Origin: Vicugna vicugna
Taxonomy: Eukaryota
Reading direction: 5' to 3'
DNA length: 57,349 nt
Assembly: GCA_013265495.1 (NCBI GenBank)
Contig: MU057801.1
Coordinates: 2,450,301-2,507,649 of the forward strand
Shown: in pieces, positions 48,461 to 57,349 of the stretch
Layout of the letters: each line of letters begins with the position of its first letter
Numbering within the stretch: the stretch's first letter is position 1
Program-made: the position numbers and the translations under genes
Notes under the pieces: generated by a model
Seen by the model: the letters and a program-made list of their open reading frames with translations, nothing else
Databases searched by the model: none
What the model was told of the DNA's origin: nothing

Positions 48461-51129
48461 AAAAGTGAGTGAATCGCAAATGCCGCCACCTGAGACAAGC
48501 CTGCGACAGACGGAAACATCGCCGCTCAGAGGAAGCGATCACTCCCAGGGGCCCTGAGCACAGCCCTCTGGCCGCGTGTCTGCGGAGGGTGAGTCCCGCT
48601 GAGAGGCCATCGTCTCTGCCCACGGCTTTCGTGTTGGTGACCCCGACACAAAGATGTTGCCGCTCCTCCAGGCACCTTGCACAGAAAAGGAGCGACACAC
48701 GGGCCAGTGTTACCAACCATGCTCTTGGGTAGAAGAGACCACTTGCAACTGTAAACATTCAGAAAAAGACCCATAACATAGAATTTTAACTGGAAAATTT
48801 TAAAAGACGTAAAGATCTCGTCACCCTTGGTGGTGGGACCTCAGTGCCCAGGCGGTGGCCTCTTAGCGCCACTGGACACATTTGCTTGGGAGTGATTCCA
48901 GAACCACCAACCCTGGGCGAGGAAGGGAAGGCCACCTGCACGAGTGGACCCTGCGGGGGTCGCCAGGGCTGCAAAGAGACGTGTGTTTGCCTTTATGGGG
49001 GGTGGGAGTGGGGACCCCACCATCTCCATCCACCTTTGGTTGAGGGGCACCTCCAGGGCACCAGCTCGTGGGATACACCCCCGCCAGCCCTGAGGCCAGG
49101 GCACCCCCCACCACTCGGGACAAAGGCGCAGCATCCCCAGCCCGTGGGGAGCCACCTGCTCACGTGGTCTGTGGGGTGTGTCCAGCCGGGAGCCACAGCC
49201 GGTCCTGGGATGGACACTGAGCAGGGATGGGCCCTCTGCTCCTCAGTGTCTGTCCCCTGGTGTCTGCCTGGCCCAGGAAGCCACCGCCCGCCCAGCCAGA
49301 GCACCTTTGACTGAGAAAATTGGCTCATTCTCCTGAAAACATTCTGGCCACAAGTCATATCACTTCCATCCTCAGAATAATTAGCTCACTCGTGGGGAAA
49401 TATGCCCTGGAAATTGTCCAAGAGAGTGGACTCGGGGCAACTTAGTGGGAAGCAGTATTGCCTCGTGTTCCGGGAAGACCGTGTGACCTTGAACTTCCCT
49501 GTGGGCCTCGGAGGCCCTGCTGTGAGGCTGAACCCCGTGTCACTTACATGGGTCAGGGCCACTGTGACCTGGCTTGTTTCTCCTCCTCTTTCTCGCTATG
49601 CACTGAGCGAAAGCCAACGAGCCCGAATTCTGTTCCTTCGTAAACCACCCATCCCGCCACAGCCCTGCCTCCTCACCAGAAGGAAGGACCGTCGAGGTGA
49701 CAGACCCGCGCCCCCCGCTTTCCCACACGACAGGAGTGAGACCCACAGGGGTCAGGTGCTACTTAGGGGAAAGTCACAACGGAGCATCGCCGTGCGGCCC
49801 CCAGCAGGTGGCTCAGGCTCACACCTCTGCCCAGAGCCGGGCCCTTGGGCCCCAGAGGGAACAGCGTCGTTGCCCCAGACGCCCAGCAGACTCACCAGCG
49901 CTCGCTCGTTAGGACTAGAGCGTCCTCTCTGGTGGGTAGCTCATCACCACTATGTTTAAAAACCTGCCACAACCCACGAACCCCGCGGGCCAGGCCTCCC
50001 TCCGGCACGGGTTCTGTGGACTCTGAGCAAAGCCCTGAGCGGCGGGAGACGGGCGGCGGGCAGCAGCAGGGGCTTGAGCAGGAGGCTGTGTGACAGCAGG
50101 AGTGCCCGCTGCCGCCGGGCTGGGCGCACGGGGGCCGCAGGGACGCGGCTGTCACAGCCAACTCTACAGGCTGGGTCTGGGACAAACCAGCGCGTGCTGC
50201 CTGGGGGGGCTCAGCCCACGCTGCTCCAGAAGCAGGGACGGGACCGAAAACGTACTGCGCAACAATGAACAAACGAGGAAACCGCCACGGTGCAGCCTGT
50301 GTGCCCTCGGAGCCGGGACAGGCGCACGCTCGGGGGCCGAGGGCCGAGAGCCGGCAGCCGACAGCTCTCGCTCTGGACCGAGGTTGAAGCCCTCTGGTCA
50401 CCCTCCACCTGCCCAGCCTCTCCTCCATGTCCCCGTCACCACTCCACGCCTGTGCGACACTCCCCAGGGCAGGGGCGGCCATGGGAGCAAAGTGCCCGGC
50501 CCCTGCCCTGGGCTCGCTCAGCGGCTTTTGGACCGGAGACAACAGCCGCGAACACGCGGGCGGCCGCTGGGTCTTGGAGGAGAACAGGCGTCCCTGGTAG
50601 CGCCTGCGGCCCCGGCCTTGTGGGTAAGAGCGTCTCTTTCCCTGCGAAAGTGTCCCGACCTGGACAGTAACGACACGGCCACCCTGTGCTCTGGGGCCTC
50701 CAGGCGCCTGTCACACACCTGGACTTAGGAAGCTGAGAGTCCGCCTGCGTCTCTCACCCCAGCAGGCGAGGGAAATGGACGCATGAAGTACTCAGGTTTC
50801 CCAGCGGGTCCTCCCCGCCCGTCCTTCTCCAAGGTGAGGGGTGGGAAGAGTCGGGGACATCACCGCTGTGACGCCAAACACCGGCTCACGGAGAACTATC
50901 TTGAAAATGATGAGTAGTCAGCCCTGACTGGAAGGCCGCACGCAGCACAGTTCTCCAGCGTCACGTGGTTCCACCCTCGCAGTGACCCCGGGTGGAAATG
51001 AGGGCCCCTGGGGCTCAGGGTACCCCGGACGCAGGTGGGAATCCCAGCCTCGGGCAGAGGCCACCGGGGCTGGTCCCGGTCCCTCTTCCACCCTCAGCCG
51101 CGGGGCTGGACGCTGGAGCCGCGGTGAGA

Positions 51130-51510
51130 TGCCTATCAGCCTCTGCTTTCTCCCCGCTGATTTCCGACATCCAATTAATCTTCCAAACGTTCGGCCCGGG
51201 GGAGGGAGGAGCAGGCAGAAGCCGTGGGTAACCGTAATGAAGCACTAATCAGCCTCATTTCTGCAAATGCGCGGCTCCCCCTTCGTCCCAGGTGGGCGGC
51301 CCGTCCCCGCGGTGTTTACATGTGTGCAAACAGGAGATACCAAGAGGCGAGGCGGGCCCGGATGCAAATACCCGAGTGTGAAGCTGCGGCCTCAATTAGC
51401 GGGGCTCCTGGCAGGGAAGCGGGACTTATCTGCCTTTCTCAGCCCTGCAGGCTTTGTTGGATATGAAAGGACATTTGGCACAAATTAACTTTCTCTTATT
51501 GGAAGAACAG
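51130..51510. promoter_or_regulatory. Candidate developmental enhancer or conserved non-coding element
   Basis: CCAATTAATC, GTAATGAAGCACTAATCAG, CTGCAAAT, TGTTTAC (51313), ATGCAAAT (51362), CAATTAG and CAAATTAAC within ~350 bp. Confidence 0.5.
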
Positions 51511-52239
51511 AGCAGGGAGACGAAGCTCCCGCGCGCGCGTGAGAGTCAGGGCAGCAGGGCTGCGGGGGCTGCAGACGGGGTCCGTCTGCTGGGGCAGACG
51601 GTCTTCAGCGGGAAGAGGTCCCCCAGGCCGGGGGCGATCTGAAAGTAAAACAATTCAGACAACCCCAGCGGCCCCCAGAGCTCGCAGAGCGCACAGCACC
51701 GCTCTGGGGGGACGCCGGCAAGCGAGGCCAGCTGCTCCCTGGGCTTCACGCGGGGTTCCCTCCGTGCGCACTGCTTTGGAACCGGTGGAGGTGGGTTCCG
51801 GTTACAGACGCCCTGGAGGCCGGGCAGGTGGCCACTGTGGCCTGGCTGCCCACACGGCGCCGGGCGCGTGGGAGACAGCGGGGCCTGAGGGCCTGAGGGG
51901 CTTCAGCCTGATGGGCAGGAAGTCAGGTGCAACGGGGGAGGTCCCTGAGAAGTCGCCCCTCGAGGGCGTGCGGCTGAGGCTGCTGGAGGCGCGGGAGGAA
52001 CAGGTCGGGAGGACGTCACAGGAAAGGCACGCACCGCGGACACCCAGCAACGAGTGGAGACGCCGGCCGCCCCTGGAGCCTGAGGCCATGAGAAGTGAGC
52101 CCAGCGCTGAGACGGACGCAGTGGGCCGCCTCCCATGCTGCGCCCGGGGGAGAGGCTCGCTCAGGGCACAGAGCCCTGAGGGCGGGCCGGGCCCAGGGGC
52201 GGCGTGGGGGCCCCTTCCTCGGCAGGCCGCTCCTCCGCC

Positions 52240-52350
52240 CCGGGCGCCCGTTTCCTCGTCTGTGAGACGGACGGGATTAGCATCTGCCACATGGGGTTGA
52301 ACGGGGTTAAGTGAAAAAATACGTGCAAAATTCTTAAAGCAGGCTCTGAA
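52240..52350 (+). mobile_element. MIR
   Basis: ccgtttcctcgtctgtgagacgg...ggggttgaacggggttaagtgaaaaaatacgtgcaaaattcttaaagcag. Confidence 0.7.
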
Positions 52351-53199
52351 TGGGAAGGCCACCCAAGGATTCTTGGGAGACCGAGCCCCTGGGGAGGAGG
52401 CCTGCGAAGGCCGGGCGGGGGTGCCCGCTGGCCTTGCAGGGCTGAGTCCCGGCGGTGAACGTCTCGGTGAAAGGAGGGGAAACCCAGGGCTTCCTGGGCT
52501 AAGAAACAAAAGGGTCAGTGAGGCTGGGCCTGACCGTCCACCACATCCAGTGTCCAGAGCTTGTATTCATATAAAAATGATCGAATAAATGTAGCAGCAG
52601 CTGAATCATCGAGGCAAGAAATAAAGTGATGCTTTTGTGAGTGACGTGCATGAACAGTGAAGATAAAGGTTTATGGGTTTTGGTTTTTTTAATGTGAGAG
52701 ACTTTGCTAAGTGTTTAAATTGATGAGAAGAGATGGTTAAGGGTTCAGGGTGTGGGGCGGGAGGTCACAGACTCGCTCACAAAGCCCCTGGCCGCCCACG
52801 TCTCTCCCTCCCAAACTCCCAGCAGTCTTTTACTGTGAATTGGGGGACAACGGACTTCCAAAAGATCATTTGGGGAGTTTTGGCAATTTGATTGCTCCCA
52901 CCAGGATATCGCCAACTCGGGCGGTTGTAACAGGAAAATGAGGCAGTTACATCAAGGGAGGCAGAGGTCTCTGCGTGGAGGTCGGAGGACGGAGGGTCCA
53001 CACGGGCATCTGACCAAAGGAGGTCACCTTGGGGCGTGAGTCGGGGAGGAATGGAAATGTGACCGCTTCCCCTGGCTGCGCGGGCTCCTGAGGTGTCGTG
53101 GAAGGTCCCCGCCACCGCGGGCGCGTGCTCTGAGGGCAGGTGGAACCGTAGCCGCTGAGACACAGGGACGCGTGGCTCCCGAGCGTCCAGAGGGGAGGG

Positions 53200-53495
53200 C
53201 AGAGCCACCCTGGCGCAGGGTGTGGTGGGCTGTGCAGAACTTAGGCAGCAGGGACGCAAAAAGCGTGGTTCTCTCTTTGGTGGGGGGACCAGGAACGGAA
53301 GGACGGGTGCAGGCCAGGTGTGGGTGCGGGTGGGTGACGGGGCGGCGCTTTGGGGGCAGCTGCGGAGAGGGTGGAGGGTGGTCAGACGCTGGATGTGTTT
53401 AGGGGGTGAAGCCAGCGTCACCTGCTGAAGAGCTGAATGGGGGCTGTGGGTTTAAAAAGCCTCGAGGAGGAAGCTCTTGTTTCCTGCCTGCCCGG
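53200..53495 (-). mobile_element. L2 fragment
   Basis: gagggtggtcagacgctggatgtgtttagggggtgaagccagcgtcacctgctgaagagctgaatgggggctgtg matches antisense L2. Confidence 0.65.
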
Positions 53496-54825
53496 CTGGA
53501 AGGAGAGAGGCCCCACTCACAGGTCCAGGAGGGAGCGCCGGGCAGCAGGTGCGCAGGGAGGGCGGGCGCCCTGCCTGGGGCACATGCAGCGTCTCCATGA
53601 TTTGATTTCTCTCCGCAGAGGAATGAGAACTTTTGCATAATGCGGAATTATTTCAATTCATTCCAAAAACAGTCCCCGCGTCTTGCCTTCGTTCCTTTAC
53701 ATAACTCAACATTATACAGCTTTCTAACAATAACTCCAAGAGCGCCCTCACTTCCTGCTGCAACCCAGGTTTCTATTTTCTCCTCAGAAATGACGGCGCT
53801 CGGCGGGCGCTATGCTCCTCGCTGTGGGGAAGGCTGGCGTGCCTGAGATCAGACACATGCAGGTGGAAAGGGAGCTTCGTCCTGGGGAGGGCATCGGCCC
53901 TCCAGCGCCTGGCTTCTACCTCTGCTCAGTGAGAAACGTGTTGTCTCATTCTCTGCGAAAAAGTTTAGCTCGGAAACGCCGCAGGGACACTCAGCAGGAG
54001 ATGGAGGGCTGGGCGGCGGGTTCTGCCCACCACATCCTCCCCAGGACCCCTCCCCGCGATGGGAGCCCCGCCCTCTGTTCCTGTAGGGCCGGCTGGTTTT
54101 CCACGTGGGGGTCGGATGGGGGGTCCTGGATGGACCCTTCAGACACTTAAGTCGACTTCACCTTAAGAGGCCCGCGGCTTTCTCTGCCTCCTGCCGCTGG
54201 CTCCACGCCAGGAACTGGGGTCAGACCCCCTCAGAGGCCCCGAAGGGAACCCAGGAGTAGAAGGTAGAGACTCCATGAGCTTGTATGAGAAAACATGTAA
54301 CTTTACTTCACTTACGTCTAACTGAAAATTAGAATTTCCTTCTATTATAAATGTTGGCCAAAAGGGGGGAAAAAACCCTGAAATATTAGCAGTACTTGTT
54401 TTTGTCACCAATAAAAACCCCAGGTGTTTTCATATCTCATCACAATGGTCGTTTGGCCCATGAATTTAAGATGACGTCTGTTACCACATCACAACCTCTG
54501 AAATAGTTTAGTAAGCGGTATCTCTCCTGTTACTGTAATTCATTTTATTTTTTAATCTTATGTGTTTTATTTTATGTACCTAAAAATAGTCTTCTGAGGA
54601 AGACTGTATGGGCTTCCAAGCTCCTAGAAAACAGGGGTGCTGTTTTGTTTCTCTTGTGACCCAGCCCCAGGGATAGGGACCAACATGGGATGTCGTTTCC
54701 TCCCTCTCCCATGCGCAGTACACTAGGCTCCCAAGGGATTTCAGTGTCACTCGAACAGACTTCGGCTGCAAAATGTTGAGAACCCACATGTTGACTTATC
54801 CATTTGGTATTGATCAGAATTGGTT

Positions 54826-54906
54826 CACCACCCATCCACCCACCCATCCACCCACTCATAAACCCATCCACACATCCATCCATCTATCTACCCATTCACC
54901 CATCCA
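54826..54906. repeat. (CCAT/CCAC)n simple repeat
   Basis: cacccatccacccacccatccacccactcataaacccatccacacatccatccatctatctacccattcacccatcca. Confidence 0.9.
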
Positions 54907-55094
54907 GTCGCTTGACAAGGCACACAACACAAAACGCAGTGTACCATGTGTGGACCAAAGCTCATGAATCAGGGTTAGCTTACTGATCTTATAATTTGAG
55001 AGAGAAAATATGACACCAGTGTCACAGAGAGATAAAAACTGAAGGTTGAGTACTTCTAGGAGAAGAAACGAGGTTGAAGGGCTCAGACTTTGAA

Positions 55095-55232
55095 AGCGCG
55101 AGAGTTCTGGGTCTGGAGTGCAGCCCTTGTTAGACTGGCCGGAGCTGACCCCAGCCTTCTGCTTCCTCATCTGTGCAAAGGAAGTGACACTATCTGGGCC
55201 TATGTTTTTAAGGGCTCACAGTGCTGTGTGAC
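55095..55232 (+). mobile_element. Diverged MIR
   Basis: ctgggtctggagtgcagccct...ttctgcttcctcatctgtgcaaagg. Confidence 0.45.
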
Positions 55233-57349
55233 ACTGTGGAGGGAGAGCCGCACCCTCAAAGCGACAGGGTGCTGGGGGTGCTCTCGAGTGTGAGGTTCGA
55301 GCTCCAGCTGGAGGGTGTCCTTCACAGATTTTCTTTGCCTCCCGCGACCAGCCACCTCTTTCCAAACCCCCCTCTCACCCTTGCTTGCCCTCATGTTTCC
55401 ACCTGCACACCTTCGCTGCTGGCCAGCCGCGGGGCCCATTTCTTAAGGAAGAAGAGGAGCACGTGGAGGGGTGCCCTCCTCGGGGAACCCCAGGGTCTTC
55501 ACATGTTTCCAAATCATCTGCCTGTCAACAGATGATCACAGGATGCAAAACCTAACAAAAACTGAGAAACCGAAAAATAACGCAAGCCCGCCTGTGAAGC
55601 AGTGTCCCCTGGCTGACGACCTCCTTGGTCCTCAGAGGAGAGCCCTAGGTATTTACTAGAGGAGGGTGACCACGCCCAGAACGATGGACTGGGGGGCGTG
55701 CGAGGGTGAGCCCTGGTGTGAAGGAGGCAAGCCTGGGCCCGTGTCTGCTAACCGTGAGCACAGGGCCTTTGGGGAAGCGACTTAACCTTCTGCGATGGAT
55801 GGGATGTTTGCTCCGGGGCTGCTGAATTACATCTCTGTGGATAAGGATTAATTAGTGAAGGGGAATTCCCTGGAACAACCAAGGGTCAAATGCTCCCATG
55901 GACAGGATTTCATTCCATCTTCACCACATCTTGGGACTCAAATATTAGTAGCCCAGTGTTTGCAGTCTTTGCAAGATACTAACCTATTCAGTGCTTTCAT
56001 CCCAAATAATCTCATGGAATTAATATGATCATGTTTTAGTATTATATAGATTTATCATAGATATTATAGATACAGGTGTGTGTTTTTCAGAACAGGCGAT
56101 GTCACCTGCCAGATTAAAAGGCACTAAAGTATCAAGGTGTCAATTACTAGTTTGCTCCTTTCAAAAAAGCGTTGCAGGAAGTGGTGCCTGACAAATGCAT
56201 GTTTCTTGTGGAGTCACGGGAAAGCCATGGGCCTGAGCTTTATGCACAGAGCAGAGGCCCAAGCCTTCCGGGGCTCTCGAGGCGTGAAGCTTCGTTGTAA
56301 GTCTTGAAGATAGTCCCATGACTCTTTTTTTAATGATTGTCCTTCCGGGCAATGAAAATACAAATACAAACCGTGCTAAACAGTGACGGGTCCACTTCAC
56401 TGTCGACCTCACGCCACACCTGCCCCTGCGCTCACAGACGTGCCCGGGACACGCGCGTCAGTTTCTGGGTGGTGCAAAGAAGGTTTCCTTGTAAGCGGGG
56501 TTGCAGGAGTCGTGCCCTCCTGCTCTCCACCTGGCTCTTTCCTTCAGCGAATCTGCAGCCCCGTCAGCGGGGGCAGCGCGCAAGGAGGAGAAGTGCAGAC
56601 GCGAAACCGTCCGTGTCTTGCCGGGAGCTGCGAACATGGGCCTGAGGAAGGACGCCGCCCCCTCGAGCTGGCGTGCAGGCTCCGGCCGCGCGTGGGATCC
56701 TCCGGCGGCTGCGCTCCGGGCCCGCCCGTACCTGCAGGTGACCGTGACGTGCCTTGATTGTGTGTGTGACTGCGGGGCTTTATGGGGAAAGCACGCATCG
56801 TGTTTACGAACGTGGAAAAGGTCGGTGTCACCGAGAGGGTAGCTGGGGTCACAGCTGAGGAGGCAGATCGGTCCCTCTCCGCCTGAATTTGGAGGTCCCT
56901 CTCCATGCGCCACCCGGCTTCTCTGCAGAGGGCCCCCTGGCAAGAGGGGCAGACTGTTAAACACAGAAGGGAACCCACCTTCAGTCGACGCCCTTCCCCG
57001 GGCCATTGCGAGGCTGAACGCGTTCCTTCAGCGTCCCCAGGGCGCCGTTTCGAAAGCGGCCTTTGGCTGAATCTCCGGCGCCACGCGGACTGTGGCTCCC
57101 GCCGGCCAGCCCGAAGCTGACGCCCCTGCCCCCGCCTCGGGAAGACAGTCAGGCCGCTGAGCGGCGAACGGAGTCCGGCGGTTACTCGCTGCCTTGCTCT
57201 TAATTTAAGATCATTGTGTTGAATCTTTTTAAAACAGATTCAGAATCCACCAGAACCTGTAAGGGAGCGTCCCGCTGCTGCGCGCCGAAGGGAAACGTCA
57301 CGCTTCCAGGAGGGCAGTGCTGGGCGGGTCCTGGGGGGGGGTCCTGGGG

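Noticed and set aside
49800..49816. CTCF-like CCAGCAGGTGGC
   Set aside because: Partial match only. CAGGTGGC words are common in DNA of this composition.

Overview
Mammalian non-coding DNA, very GC- and CpG-rich, from a large intron or a gene desert. Four copies of a tRNA-derived SINE match, from recalled consensus, the camelid Vic-1 family, so the source is most likely alpaca, llama or camel. I cannot support any protein-coding exon, RNA gene or gene identity. The many ORFs are what GC-rich DNA with few stop codons produces; the only recognisable peptide is a decayed L1 ORF2 C-terminus. The window holds old L1M/L1ME, L2, MIR and MaLR (MLT1) fragments, younger L1 3' ends, and an ERV solo-LTR-like element with arrayed CCAAT and octamer motifs, TATA and AATAAA. 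It also holds many short AT-rich islands dense in homeodomain, POU and FOX motifs, which look like developmental enhancers. The main signals are AT-to-GC erosion of the repeats (GC-biased gene conversion-like), AT islands that seem to resist it, at least ten perfect octamers, and the LTR. I found no convincing new biological system. Repeat family names come from memory of consensus sequences and need RepeatMasker/Dfam confirmation.
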